Positions 37,262 through 47,638 are shown, numbered from the stretch's first letter. The stretch is 64,000 bases of DNA from Kiritimatiellia bacterium (GCA_050949565.1 JBMNFY010000017.1:96001-160000), one strand, 5' to 3'. A program made the numbers and translations. Notes: generated by a model from the sequence alone, not told the origin.

Positions 37262-38605
37262 TTACGGGGCTTTTTGGGCGGCTCGGTTGGCCATCACCGC
37301 CGCCTTACCGCGGCGCATGTGTTGAACCAGCGGACGGCGCGCAGGACAAACAAACGCGCACGCCCCGCATTCGATACAGTCCATCAGCGCGACCCGCTCG
37401 GCGCTTTCGATGTCGTCCGCCTCAATGCACTGGCTTAGCTCGGCGGGACACAGGCGCATCGGACAGGCATCCACGCAACGCCCGCATGAGATGCAGGCCT
37501 GCGAAGTGAAAGCGGTGATTTTCTTTGGTGAAAGCAACAGCAGGCCGGAAGCAGTTTTACCGGTGGGAATCGCGAGACTACCAACCGCGAAACCCATCAT
37601 CGTTCCGCCCGAAAGCACTTTGGCCGCGCGACCGGTGATGCCGCCGCACGCCTCCACAAGGTCACTGTACAGCGTACCGCAGGGCGCGAGCAGATTCGAC
37701 GGCTGCGCAATGGCGTCGCCGCTGACCGTGATCACGCGGCGCACCAGCGGCATGCCGTTGACGACAGCGTCAAACACCGCGAAGGCGGTGCTGACATTCT
37801 CCACGACACAGCCGACATCCATCGGCAGCCCGCCGCGCGGCACTTCGCGCCCGGTGACCGAATAGATCTGCTGCTTCTCGGCACCCTGAGGATAGCTGGT
37901 GGGCAGCACGACGACAGCCACATCGCCGGCCGTATCACGAAAGGCCGTCTCGATAGCGGCAATGGCTTCCGGCTTGTTGTCTTCGATCGCAACACGCAGA
38001 CTGCGCGCGCCTAAGATGTGTCGGATGATCTCTGCACCGATACGGATCTCGGCGGCATGCTCCACCATCAGCCGATGGTCGGCGGTCAGGTACGGCTCAC
38101 ACTCCGCGCCATTGAGGATCACGGTGTCGATCGGCTTGTCGCTGGGCGGCGCGAGTTTAACGCGCGTGGGGAAGCCCGCGCCTCCCATGCCGACGATGCC
38201 GGCCGCGCCGATGTGTTCGACCAACTGCTTGGCGTTGGTGAAACGCCACTCGGGGAAGGTCGGCATCGGCTGCCAGGTCTGTTCCGCTGCAGTTTCAATC
38301 ACGATGGCGGCGCAGGCGCGACCTGCGGCGGTGAGCGTTTCTTCGAGGGCGACCACCTTGCCTGCGGCTGGCGCGTGGATCGGCGCGGAGATAAATCCGC
38401 CGGCCTCGGCGATCAGCTGCCCCCCCGTGACCGTATCGCCGACCTTGACAACCGGCTTGGCGGGCGCGCCGAGATGTTGCGACATCGGTACGGTCAGGCG
38501 CGCGGGTAACGGCAACTCACGGATCGGCTCAGAAGCGGTGAGCGTTTTGTTGTATTCGGGGTGGACGCCGCCCCGGAGGGCATGTGGAGATCGGATGGTA
38601 ACCAT
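37262..38605 (-). CDS. rnfC: Rnf complex subunit C
   Basis: GGVHP, GIVGMGGAGFPT, NGAECEPYLTAD, two CxxCxxCxxxCP clusters. Confidence 0.96.
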   Translation of the reverse strand: MVTIRSPHALRGGVHPEYNKTLTASEPIRELPLPARLTVPMSQHLGAPAKPVVKVGDTVTGGQLIAEAGGFISAPIHAPAAGKVVALEETLTAAGRACAAIVIETAAEQTWQPMPTFPEWRFTNAKQLVEHIGAAGIVGMGGAGFPTRVKLAPPSDKPIDTVILNGAECEPYLTADHRLMVEHAAEIRIGAEIIRHILGARSLRVAIEDNKPEAIAAIETAFRDTAGDVAVVVLPTSYPQGAEKQQIYSVTGREVPRGGLPMDVGCVVENVSTAFAVFDAVVNGMPLVRRVITVSGDAIAQPSNLLAPCGTLYSDLVEACGGITGRAAKVLSGGTMMGFAVGSLAIPTGKTASGLLLLSPKKITAFTSQACISCGRCVDACPMRLCPAELSQCIEADDIESAERVALMDCIECGACAFVCPARRPLVQHMRRGKAAVMANRAAQKAP

Positions 38606-38621
38606 GGGAAAGAAAAACGGG

Positions 38622-39440
38622 TTAGGATTCAGGGTTTGGGGGTTGGGACGCGGAAGCGTCCTTGCGGATGCAGTGGGCAGGACACTTAGCCACGGTCTCT
38701 TCGTTGGTCAAAGGCTTGGCGTAATCAACCACCGCGAGGAAACCGTCCATGCTGATCGCGTCATCGGCCAGCTTGGTGCACATCCGGCAACCGATGCAAC
38801 CTGTGCCGCAGACCTTTTTCACGGCGGGGCCCTTGTCTTTCGAACTGCACAGCACATGAATCTCGGCCGCCGCCGGAACAAGTTTGATCAGCTTGCGGGG
38901 ACAGGCCGCGACACACTTACCGCAGGCGATACAAAGTGCTTTATCGACCTTGGCGATACCATTCTCGATACGGATCGCGTTCACGGGACAAACCCGGGCA
39001 CAGGAGCCGTAGCCCAGACAGCCGTAGGTGCAAGCCTTGTCACCGCCCGCCGTGGCCTGCGCGGACGCACAATCGACGATGCCATTGTAGGCGGAGCGCC
39101 GGAGCGCTTCGGTGTCGTCGCCGCAACAGAGTACAATCGCGACGCGCCGTTCCACCTCGGCTGCGGCACGCCCGAGAAAAGCGGCGATCTCTTGCGCGCA
39201 GGCAGTCCCACCGGGCGCACAGAGATTGCACGCCACATTGTCGGCCACAATCGCACGCGCATAATCGGCGCAACCCGCATATCCGCATCCGCCACAGTTC
39301 GCACCGGGCAACATTTCGGTTACTTTGTCGATGCGCGGGTCTTGCGGCACGCTCCAGTGTTTCTCTGCCAAGGCCAAAGCCGCCGCACTGGCCAGGCCGA
39401 TACCGCCGATGCAAAGAGTAGATGTTGTAATCAGATCCAT
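38622..39440 (-). CDS. rnfB: Rnf complex subunit B
   Basis: LPGANCGGCGYAGC, CLGYGSCARVCP and ferredoxin motifs. Confidence 0.95.
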   Translation of the reverse strand: MDLITTSTLCIGGIGLASAAALALAEKHWSVPQDPRIDKVTEMLPGANCGGCGYAGCADYARAIVADNVACNLCAPGGTACAQEIAAFLGRAAAEVERRVAIVLCCGDDTEALRRSAYNGIVDCASAQATAGGDKACTYGCLGYGSCARVCPVNAIRIENGIAKVDKALCIACGKCVAACPRKLIKLVPAAAEIHVLCSSKDKGPAVKKVCGTGCIGCRMCTKLADDAISMDGFLAVVDYAKPLTNEETVAKCPAHCIRKDASASQPPNPES

Positions 39441-39468
39441 GAGAAGATGTGCTACGAATGAAGAAGGG

Positions 39469-40047
39469 TTATCTGACCAGACCGCTGAAGCCCATGAAAG
39501 CCAGACTCAGCAAACCAGCGGTCACCAGCGAAAGCGCCACGCCCTGAAAGCAACGGGGCGGGACGGCGCGCTCGATTTTCTCGCGAAGACCGGCGAAAAT
39601 CAGTAGGGCGAACGAGAAGCCGACTGCGGCGGAAAAGCCGAACAGCACCGATTTAAAAAAGCCATATCCCTCTTGCATGTTCAGCACCGCGACACCGAGA
39701 ACCGCGCAGTTCGTGGTAATCAGCGGCAAGAAAATGCCGAGCGCGGCGTGCAGCGACGGCGTGAAACGTTTCATCACGATATCAATGAGTTGCACCAGCG
39801 CGGCGATCACCAAGATAAACGAGAGGGTCTGGAGAAACTTGTCAAGCCCCAGCGGCACGAGCAGGTAGGTTTGCAGGCACCAGGTGGCCGCCGAGGCGAT
39901 GGTAATCACAAAGATCACCGCGCCTGACATACCAAGCGCGGTCGAGATTTTTTTTGAGACGCCCAGAAACGGGCAAATCCCGAGAAATCGACTCAGCACG
40001 AAGTTGTTGACAAGAATCGCACTGATCATCAATAACACGTATTCCAT
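39469..40047 (-). CDS. rnfA: Rnf complex subunit A
   Basis: NNFVLSRFLGICPFLGVS, LGIFLPLITTNCAVLG. Confidence 0.95.
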   Translation of the reverse strand: MEYVLLMISAILVNNFVLSRFLGICPFLGVSKKISTALGMSGAVIFVITIASAATWCLQTYLLVPLGLDKFLQTLSFILVIAALVQLIDIVMKRFTPSLHAALGIFLPLITTNCAVLGVAVLNMQEGYGFFKSVLFGFSAAVGFSFALLIFAGLREKIERAVPPRCFQGVALSLVTAGLLSLAFMGFSGLVR

Positions 40048-40124
40048 ACCAGAACCTCACAGGGGCACAAACAAAAGTTCGTGAAAGGGTACCGGATTTG
40101 CTGCGGCGTTTCAAGCCGAACTAG

Positions 40125-40188
40125 AAAGGAGTTTCCCCAAAAAATCTGGTCATCCCAGAATGACCAGATTTTTTGGGGAAATTCCTTT
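40125..40188. other. Long near-perfect inverted repeat (29-bp arms, 6-nt loop)
   Basis: aaaggagtttccccaaaaaatctggtcat-cccaga-atgaccagattttttggggaaattccttt, one mismatch. Confidence 0.9.
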
Positions 40189-40198
40189 TACGGCGATG

Positions 40199-40228
40199 TT
40201 GACCCGGCAAGCGGTGCCGTGGTATCAT
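40199..40228 (+). promoter_or_regulatory. Putative sigma70 promoter
   Basis: TTGACC-18 bp-TATCAT with TGn extension. Confidence 0.4.
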
Positions 40229-40280
40229 CCGAAATGATATGAATTGTTAATCGGGCGATTTATTGAGGAGGAGTTGATTG

Positions 40281-41243
40281 ATGAAGAGACGCGATTTCCT
40301 GACATCTTCGGCGGTTGCCGGAGCTGCTGCAATGTGCAGTGCGCCACGTACCGCTGCGGCTCAGGCGAGTGGAGGCAGCGGAATGCCAAAGTTGACGCCG
40401 CCGGAAAAACCGGCCGAACTGAACCTGTGCCTGCAATGGGGAGCGATCCCGGGCGGCGAGATGAAAGAGAAGCTGGACTTCCTTGAGGCGAACGGCTTCT
40501 CGGCGGTCGAGATTCCCTCGGGTGACTGGCCGATCAAAAATTGCGACGCGTTGCTTGATGCGATGAAAGGGCGCAAGCTGTTCATCGCCACAGCCTGTGG
40601 ACCGAGCAATTTTGCGTATGCGGAGCCGGAGAAGCGCGAAGCCGAAGTGCAGAAGTTCCTGCCGGTAATCGAGGCACTCGGTAAGATGAAGTCGGTGGGC
40701 TTGATCATCTGCCCGGCGCGCGGCAAGCTGAGCGAGCCGGGGTGGTTGACCGCCAAGGAATTGCGCAAGGATTTTGTCGAGAACACCGGCAAGCGGCTGG
40801 CGGAACACGCGCACAAGCACGGCACGTCGATCGTGCTGGAGCCGCTGCGGCGCAACGAAACCCCCTTCCTGCGGCAGGTGGCGGACGGCGCGCGCATCGC
40901 GGCGGATATCGGTCCGGGCGCAACGGTCATGGGCGATTTCTGGCACATGGAACTGGAAGAAACCAGCTTCATGGGCGCCTTTATCAGCGGCGGCAAACTG
41001 TTGACGCATGTGCATATCGCGGGTCTGAAAGAGCGTATCATCCCCGGCGTGCACCGCGATGCCGACAACTATGTGGACGGCTTCAAGGGACTCAAACTCA
41101 TCGGCTACCGCGGCGCGGTCAGCTTTGAGGGCGGCTGGCCCAAGAATCCTGAGGATCCCAAGAAGGGGCTGCCGCAGGAGGAGAGAATCCGGTTGATCCG
41201 CAACATGGTCACGTTGCTGCGCGAGCAGTGGGCGATGGCGTGA
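40281..41243 (+). CDS. Tat-exported sugar phosphate isomerase/epimerase (xylose-isomerase-like TIM barrel)
   Basis: KRRDFL Tat motif, LEPLRRNE, DFWHM, HVH, SFE. Confidence 0.88.
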   Translation: MKRRDFLTSSAVAGAAAMCSAPRTAAAQASGGSGMPKLTPPEKPAELNLCLQWGAIPGGEMKEKLDFLEANGFSAVEIPSGDWPIKNCDALLDAMKGRKLFIATACGPSNFAYAEPEKREAEVQKFLPVIEALGKMKSVGLIICPARGKLSEPGWLTAKELRKDFVENTGKRLAEHAHKHGTSIVLEPLRRNETPFLRQVADGARIAADIGPGATVMGDFWHMELEETSFMGAFISGGKLLTHVHIAGLKERIIPGVHRDADNYVDGFKGLKLIGYRGAVSFEGGWPKNPEDPKKGLPQEERIRLIRNMVTLLREQWAMA

Positions 41244-41302
41244 GGAAGTTTGTTAGTTAATTAGTGCATTAGTGCATTAGTGAGTTAGTAGGAGAGAGAG
41301 AG

Positions 41303-42613
41303 ATGCAAAACCGTAGAGAGTTCATTAAGAGTTCAGGTGTGTTCGCGGCGATGATGGCGGCGGCACCGACCATTTCAATCGCGCAGAATGCGCCGCGCGT
41401 GTTCAAAGTCGGCATGATCGGCGCGGGTGGACGCTGCGTAGGCGCAATGGCGCAGATCATCGAGGCGGCCAAGAGCCTCGGCCATGACGCCAAACTGGTG
41501 GCCGTCTGTGACTTCTTTGAAGATCGCGCCAAGAACGCCGCGAAGAAGTTCGGTTGCGACGAGAAGAACGCCTTCTGGGATGCGAACAGCTACAAGAAGG
41601 TCGTGGCCTCTGACTGCGAGATCATCGTGACGGCCACGCCGCCGAGTTTCCGTCCGGTTCACGTTGAAGCGGCGATCAAGGCCGGCAAGCACGTCTTCGC
41701 GGAGAAGCCGGTGGCGGTCGACGGACCGGGCGTGCGCCAGTTCCTGGCGGCGGCCAAGCTGGCCAAGGAGAAGAACCTCGCGCTGGTAGCCGGCACGCAG
41801 CGTCGCCACCAGAAGGGCTATCTGTTGCAGGCGCTGGCGTTGCAGCAGGGCAAGGTCGGCCAGATACTGGGCGGCGCGGTGTACTGGAACGGCACGGTGC
41901 CGTGGGTGCGCGCACGCAAGGAAGGCATGAAGAACGATGCCTACCTGTGCAGCAACTGGGTGAACTGGACTGAGCTGTCCGGCGACCACATTGTCGAACA
42001 GCACGTCCATAACCTGGACGTCGCGAACTGGTTCATCGGTCGCTACCCGCGTACGGCTGGCGCCTTTGGTGCGCGCACGCGTCGCGTGTCTGGTAACCAG
42101 TACGATTTCTTCGGCGTCGACTTCGATTACGGCGACGGCGTCCGCATCCACAGCCAGTGCCGCCAGATTGGCGGAACCAGCAGCTTCGTGGGCGAGCGCT
42201 TCCGTACCGAGCAGTTCGAAATCTCGGGTGGTGGCAGGATCCAGAAGGTCGGCGGCGAGGCCCTGAAGCTCGAAGGCGACAGCTACACGCTGAACGGCAA
42301 CACCTACCCGATCAAGGATGGCAACCCGTATGTGATCGAACACGAGAATCTGCTGCGCGGTCTGCTCGGCCAGATCCCGATCATGAACGAGGGCGAGGCG
42401 GTGGCGATGTCCACGGCTTGTGCAGTCATCGGCCGCATCTCGGCCTATACCGGCCAGACGATCCGCATGTCGGATATCCTCGAAAACAAGGACTCGCCCT
42501 ACTACAACCTCGCCTGCAAGCCGACTTGGCAGGATTTCGAGGCGGGCGATGTGCCGATGCCGGAGTACGGCGACGATCAGGCGCCGCTGCCGGGCAAGCC
42601 TTGGGGCAAATAA
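41303..42613 (+). CDS. Tat-exported Gfo/Idh/MocA oxidoreductase
   Basis: NRREFI, IGAGGR, EKPVA, GTQRR, GDHIVEQHVHNLD. Confidence 0.92.
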   Translation: MQNRREFIKSSGVFAAMMAAAPTISIAQNAPRVFKVGMIGAGGRCVGAMAQIIEAAKSLGHDAKLVAVCDFFEDRAKNAAKKFGCDEKNAFWDANSYKKVVASDCEIIVTATPPSFRPVHVEAAIKAGKHVFAEKPVAVDGPGVRQFLAAAKLAKEKNLALVAGTQRRHQKGYLLQALALQQGKVGQILGGAVYWNGTVPWVRARKEGMKNDAYLCSNWVNWTELSGDHIVEQHVHNLDVANWFIGRYPRTAGAFGARTRRVSGNQYDFFGVDFDYGDGVRIHSQCRQIGGTSSFVGERFRTEQFEISGGGRIQKVGGEALKLEGDSYTLNGNTYPIKDGNPYVIEHENLLRGLLGQIPIMNEGEAVAMSTACAVIGRISAYTGQTIRMSDILENKDSPYYNLACKPTWQDFEAGDVPMPEYGDDQAPLPGKPWGK

Positions 42614-42961
42614 TAAACAAGTTGTTTCTCACACGAAGACACTAAGGGCACTAAGGTTTTTTGGGAGCACTGCTCTGTTGTTTCACGCGAAGGCGCGAAG
42701 ACGCGAAGGTTGGAGGGCGAGTGTCCCCACGAGCCGCCTTCCGCTGCGCGGAGGGATGGTCTCAGGTTCCCTCGCAGAGCACCGGGAGGGACGAGCGTCG
42801 CTCGTCCGCGGGCAAGCGGACGCTTGCCCCTCCCAGCGCTTCGCAAGCCCGACACAAGTGCTGGAGGACGGCATTTGGGTGGCGCGCAAAAATGGAAAAT
42901 TTGTGGTCTTCGTGGCCTTCGTGTGAGATTGAATTGCGTTGCGGGCTTCGCCCGCATTAGG
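42614..42961. repeat. Intergenic repeat mosaic between convergent genes
   Basis: 9-mer runs, ggagggcgagtgtccccacgagccg, gggagggacgagcgtcgctcgtcc, terminal gcgggcttcgcccgcattag. Confidence 0.8.
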
Positions 42962-42962
42962 C

Positions 42963-44429
42963 TTATATCTCCCAGCCCTTGCGGTAGCTGCGCTTCAGGA
43001 ATGTGTTCGCGCTCTCTTTATTGGTGAAGCGGCCCGCCTTGGCGTCCCACTTGAGTTCGTCGCCACTGTCTTCCGCGATCGCCGCCACGCCGAGCATGAC
43101 CACCTCGTTCAGGCGCTGCGAATATTCGAGGTTCGCGCAAGGCACGGGACCTCCCATGCAGCCGCGCAGGAAGTCGACCTGATGTCCGCCCTTCACACGC
43201 GGAATCGTCTTCTCCGGCGACGGCTTGCTCAGTTCCCCGGGGAAAAAGCGTATCCATTCCCCGAAACAGCCCATCACGATATACCCCTTCTCGCCGACAA
43301 AGATCGATCCGTCGTCACCAAGATCGACGTTGTATTTTTTCTCGATCTCCTCCAGAAGCGGCGGCGTGAACCAAACCTTGCGGTCCTTGATGAGCTTGGA
43401 AGTCGAGCCGCCGACAAACCATGTGGTATCGTCCCACGGCGTATCCCCCTTGAGGCCGTCATACCAGTGAACCGTCACCGGCGCGAGATTACCGCGTGCA
43501 GGGAATTTCCAAATCACGTGGTCGCGCAGGTTCCACGAATCCTCCGATCCATGCCTCACGTCCGTCACGCGGACGCTCTCCGGCGCGCCGAGGTTCAGCG
43601 ACCAGAACGCGGGATCGAGGATGTGATTGCCCATGTTGCCGAGCGTGGCGCTGCCAAAGTTTTTCCAACTGTACCAGCCCATCGGATGGAGTCCCTCGCG
43701 TCCGCTGCGGAAACCGGTATGGGGCGACGGTCCGATCCAACTGTCCCAGTTCATCCCTGCCGGGACCGGCTCCTCCGGCGGCAACCTGTTCATGCGCCCG
43801 TTCAAGCGCTGCGTCCAAGTATGCACTTCAGTGACCTGCCCGAGCGCGCCTGCTCCGATGTACTCCACGAGACGCCGCACGGCCTCCTGCGAGTGCCCCC
43901 ACTGCCCCATCTGCGTGACGGCATGGTGCTTGCGTGCTTCCGCGAGCATCCGCCGTCCCTCCTCCACGGTAAAGGAAAGCGGCTTCTCGATGTATGCGTG
44001 GATACCGTTCCGGAACGCCAGCAGGGCCGGCATCAGATGGTGATGGTTCGGCGTCGCGATGAAAACGGCGTCCACTCCGTCCGCCATCTGCTTGTAGAAC
44101 TCGCGGTAATCATCGAACTCGGCGATGCCATTCGTGTCAATGCTGAGCTCCTTCATCGAGGCCAGCTTCCGCTTGACACCCCGTATCATCGCCGGATCAG
44201 GATCCACCAAGGCGACGATCTTCGCGAGTTTCGTCCAAGCGACGCTGGACGCCAACCCGCCCCCCATTCTGCCAAGCCCAAGGATCGCGACCCTAAGCGG
44301 CTTTGAAGGATCCTTTATCTCGCACCGTTTGAGTCCAGCGTTCTCCTGTTGGCTCAACACCGGCGCCGCCATGAATCCCGCGCCTGCGGCAGCAGTCGCC
44401 CCCATGAACCCTCGTCTTGTCATGTTCAT
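42963..44429 (-). CDS. Tat-exported Gfo/Idh/MocA oxidoreductase
   Basis: TRRGFM, LGLGRMG, ATPNHHH, EKPL, NWDSWIGP, GNMGNHILD. Confidence 0.92.
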   Translation of the reverse strand: MNMTRRGFMGATAAAGAGFMAAPVLSQQENAGLKRCEIKDPSKPLRVAILGLGRMGGGLASSVAWTKLAKIVALVDPDPAMIRGVKRKLASMKELSIDTNGIAEFDDYREFYKQMADGVDAVFIATPNHHHLMPALLAFRNGIHAYIEKPLSFTVEEGRRMLAEARKHHAVTQMGQWGHSQEAVRRLVEYIGAGALGQVTEVHTWTQRLNGRMNRLPPEEPVPAGMNWDSWIGPSPHTGFRSGREGLHPMGWYSWKNFGSATLGNMGNHILDPAFWSLNLGAPESVRVTDVRHGSEDSWNLRDHVIWKFPARGNLAPVTVHWYDGLKGDTPWDDTTWFVGGSTSKLIKDRKVWFTPPLLEEIEKKYNVDLGDDGSIFVGEKGYIVMGCFGEWIRFFPGELSKPSPEKTIPRVKGGHQVDFLRGCMGGPVPCANLEYSQRLNEVVMLGVAAIAEDSGDELKWDAKAGRFTNKESANTFLKRSYRKGWEI

Positions 44430-44541
44430 TTCCGCACTCCTTTGATTAGAAAGTTTCACGCGCCGTCTTCGTGTCTTCGCGTGAATACCAAAAACCTTCG
44501 TGCCCTTTGTGCCTTTGTGTGAGAAAAACTTCGCCGGTCGC

Positions 44542-45936
44542 TTACGCCTTCAACTCCCAGCCCGGTTCGTACGGCGGCATCCAGAACTTCGATGCGGGGC
44601 CTTTCGGATCCTTCAACTTGCCTGTCGCCGAATCGACGTGCACGGCGTCACCGGTCTGCAGCGAGACGTTGCCGAGTTCGGTGAGAAGGTTCGACTTGAG
44701 GGAGCTGTCGATCGGTTGCGCCGTATTGAGGTCGCCCGCAAGCACGCAGTCCGTGAAGCGCTGAACATGCCAGATGTCGCACGCGCGGATCGGATCGGAG
44801 AGGCGGGTGTCCCCTTCCTGATCGCCTGTGTCCGCAGCGTCCCACTCCTTGATGACTTTCTTCCCCTTGCGGTCATAGATCGCCGACTCGCCCCTCGGAC
44901 CGAAAAACGCAAGACCGTCATCGCAGTAAACGAGTGTACCTGTCCACTTGCCCATGAACGGCTGGGCGCCCGAATGTGAGCACCCCTCCCAGGTCAGGAA
45001 TTTCTTGTCGGGGAACTGCACCGTCAACATGTGCGTATCCTCCCACTCGAAGTCCTCGCCTTCGTAGAAGAGCTTGCCGCCCCCCGCGTAGACACGCTCC
45101 GGCCACTCGGCATCAAGCGCCCAGCGCGCGATGTCGACAAAGTGGAGGCCGTTGTTCGGCAGGTCGCCCGTACCGTAACCCTTGAAGAAGCGCCAGTTGT
45201 AGTGGACAATGTTCGAGCGGTACGCGCGGCGCGGCGCACAGCACTGCCAGAGGTCCCACCCATCGGCCCCCATCCAGGCAGGGACGGCGACCGGCTTCAC
45301 ATTACGGATCGCGGGACGGTCCGAAAGACACCACGCCTTCGCCCAGCGCGGTTTGCCGATCTGTCCTGAGCGGATAAAGTTGATCGCCTGTTTCGTCGCA
45401 TGCGAACTGCGGCGCTGCGTCCCGAGTTGGAAAACCCGGCCTGTCTTGCGCTGGACCTCGGCGAGAGTCTCTGCCTCGCCCGCCGCGATACCGATCGGCT
45501 TCTCAAGGTAGAGCGCCTTCCCCGCCTTCATGGCCTCGATGCCGATGTAACAGTGCGAATGATCCGGTGTCGCCACAAGGACGGCGTCGACATCGTCGCG
45601 GCGGACGGCCTCGCGGAAATCCTTCACCTTGGCGGGCGTGCGTCCAGTCATCTTCGTGACAACAGACGCCGCATCATCCAGCGCCGTCACATCGACATCG
45701 CAAAGGACGGTGATCTCGCAATTCTTCAACTCTGCGAAGCGGCTCATCACTTGGAAGCCCCGCCCGCGCGCACCCGTCGGGTCCACAACAAAACCATTGC
45801 CGTGATCCTTCGTACGTGCACAACCGACCACGCACAGGCGCATCTTCTTCGACGGCGTCGCCGCGCCGAAAAGCGTACTGACGGACGCAATGGTGAACGC
45901 ACTCCCGCCGGCCTTGATGAAATCCCTTCTGTTCAT
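44542..45936 (-). CDS. Tat-exported Gfo/Idh/MocA oxidoreductase
   Basis: NRRDFI, ATPDHSH, EKPI, GTQRRS, NNGLHFVD. Confidence 0.92.
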   Translation of the reverse strand: MNRRDFIKAGGSAFTIASVSTLFGAATPSKKMRLCVVGCARTKDHGNGFVVDPTGARGRGFQVMSRFAELKNCEITVLCDVDVTALDDAASVVTKMTGRTPAKVKDFREAVRRDDVDAVLVATPDHSHCYIGIEAMKAGKALYLEKPIGIAAGEAETLAEVQRKTGRVFQLGTQRRSSHATKQAINFIRSGQIGKPRWAKAWCLSDRPAIRNVKPVAVPAWMGADGWDLWQCCAPRRAYRSNIVHYNWRFFKGYGTGDLPNNGLHFVDIARWALDAEWPERVYAGGGKLFYEGEDFEWEDTHMLTVQFPDKKFLTWEGCSHSGAQPFMGKWTGTLVYCDDGLAFFGPRGESAIYDRKGKKVIKEWDAADTGDQEGDTRLSDPIRACDIWHVQRFTDCVLAGDLNTAQPIDSSLKSNLLTELGNVSLQTGDAVHVDSATGKLKDPKGPASKFWMPPYEPGWELKA

Positions 45937-46291
45937 GTCCTGACTCCCTTTTGCACTGGCTTCGGAGCCCTCCTCCTATGACCCACAGGCATTATGAAAA
46001 AAAACCAAAACGCATGGTCGCGCAAACTCCGAGGCCAGCGAAAACAGCATACACCACCCTGCGGCAGATCGTCCAGCGGATTCACGTGTAATCGGCGTTC
46101 GCAAAATGGCGGCGCTCCGCGAGCCCGATCACAAGCCGGAGGGCGCAACTAAGGGACAGGTGTTTAGCGCTAGGGGGCCGCGTGGCACGGGCATCTTGCC
46201 CGTGTGGCGGCGTGAAACGCCGCCCGGACGAGCAGGCGCTCGTCCCTCGCTGTTGTCCGCAAGATACCACATGTTCTAAGATGTCACAACG

Positions 46292-47521
46292 TCACAGACG
46301 GATACTCCTGACAACGCCATAACCGCGCCGGGGCACGACCTCCGTCTCTCCGAAACAGGCCGCCTGCCGCTCTTGCAGCGCACGCGCATTTTTGGCGACC
46401 GTCAGGCAGACGCCGCCGGGCTTCAGTGTGTCGTACGCGGTTTGGATAAACAGTTCTGCAATCCGGAAATCGGAGTAGTAAGGCGGATTGCCCGCAAAGA
46501 GATCGAAGCACGCATCCGACTGCGGCAGGCCGCAGTCGGAAAGCACAAGCGTCGCACGGTCAAGCAAACCAAGGCTCTCAAGGTTGCGCCGGGTGGCAAA
46601 CAAGGCACGCGCATGCGCATCAATGAATGTCACGCGCACATCCGGCTGACTGCGCGCAAGCAGGATACCGACCAGCCCGCAACCGCAACCCATGTCCAAG
46701 ACGTGCTGGCCGGGAGTGAGATCGCGGGCCGCGACTTCCGCCAGAGCGAGTCCGCCGGTATCGGGTCGGCGGTGACAGAAAACGCCCGGCAACGAGATGA
46801 GCGGACAGGGTTCAAGGCCAGGCAACGAAGCGGGAAAGGTGGCGCTAAAATCCCGTACACGCGCCAGCGCCCCTTTTTTCTTGGCGATGCAGCAACAGAC
46901 GCCCTTTTTATCGAAGCGAACACGCAACGTGCCGAAAATGGCGCGCACCTGTTTGAAAAGCGCGGCGCTGCTGGCTTCACAGGCCATCAGACAGAGACCG
47001 CCATCCACCAGACGCTCATGAATCTCTTCAAGCTGATCCAACACCAACTCTCCGGTCATGGTGCCGGGGGTGGACATAAAGAGCGCGGCGGCGAAAGGGC
47101 CATCCGGCAAGGAAGTCGTGCAATGGACCGCAACCGCCGATTGGTCAGAAGCGACGTCCGGCAACGTGTCGGCCAGAGTCTCGTCGCACAGATGCACCTC
47201 GCGATCATGCGTAAAACGCGGATGGGCACCATGGGCCGCTAACGTGCGCTGAATGGCGCGGGCATGGTGCAGGTCGAATGCATGGCACGCCAGTGCACGC
47301 TCCGGAAAACGCGCTGCGGCCGCCAGAGCGATGCAGCCGCTCCGGTTGCCCGCAGTCAGGAGCGCCCCCTCCGGCGCGGCGTCGAGTGACGGCAGATTGG
47401 CGAGCAGCAGACGTTCGGTGGCGTGCAGTCCCGAACGCGAAATCACGGCCAGCGTCCCATCGAGAAAGGTCTCGGTGACGGCGCGGCTTTTCGGAAGATC
47501 AGTGATGCGAATGGTTTGCAT
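46292..47521 (-). CDS. RsmC/RlmG-like methyltransferase (MTS domain)
   Basis: PGVFCHRRPDTG, VLDMGCGCG, NPPY, LKPGG. Confidence 0.8.
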   Translation of the reverse strand: MQTIRITDLPKSRAVTETFLDGTLAVISRSGLHATERLLLANLPSLDAAPEGALLTAGNRSGCIALAAAARFPERALACHAFDLHHARAIQRTLAAHGAHPRFTHDREVHLCDETLADTLPDVASDQSAVAVHCTTSLPDGPFAAALFMSTPGTMTGELVLDQLEEIHERLVDGGLCLMACEASSAALFKQVRAIFGTLRVRFDKKGVCCCIAKKKGALARVRDFSATFPASLPGLEPCPLISLPGVFCHRRPDTGGLALAEVAARDLTPGQHVLDMGCGCGLVGILLARSQPDVRVTFIDAHARALFATRRNLESLGLLDRATLVLSDCGLPQSDACFDLFAGNPPYYSDFRIAELFIQTAYDTLKPGGVCLTVAKNARALQERQAACFGETEVVPRRGYGVVRSIRL

Positions 47522-47531
47522 AGCGGGTTTT

Positions 47532-47631
47532 AAGGCTCTTGCAAAACCTCTCGTGGCATGGGCGTCCCGCCCATGAAACCCGGGCAAGATGCCCGTGCCA
47601 CACCTGTAGGCAAGGGGTTTGCAAGACTCTC
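47532..47631. mobile_element. ~100-bp MITE-like element (copy 2)
   Basis: Near-identical to 11224-11324, same orientation. Confidence 0.65.
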
Positions 47632-47638
47632 GGTTTTG

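Noticed and set aside
36958-37509. Plus-strand ORFs with GFWFQ/VSGFK repeats
   Set aside because: They are translations of the simple-sequence array, antisense to rnf.
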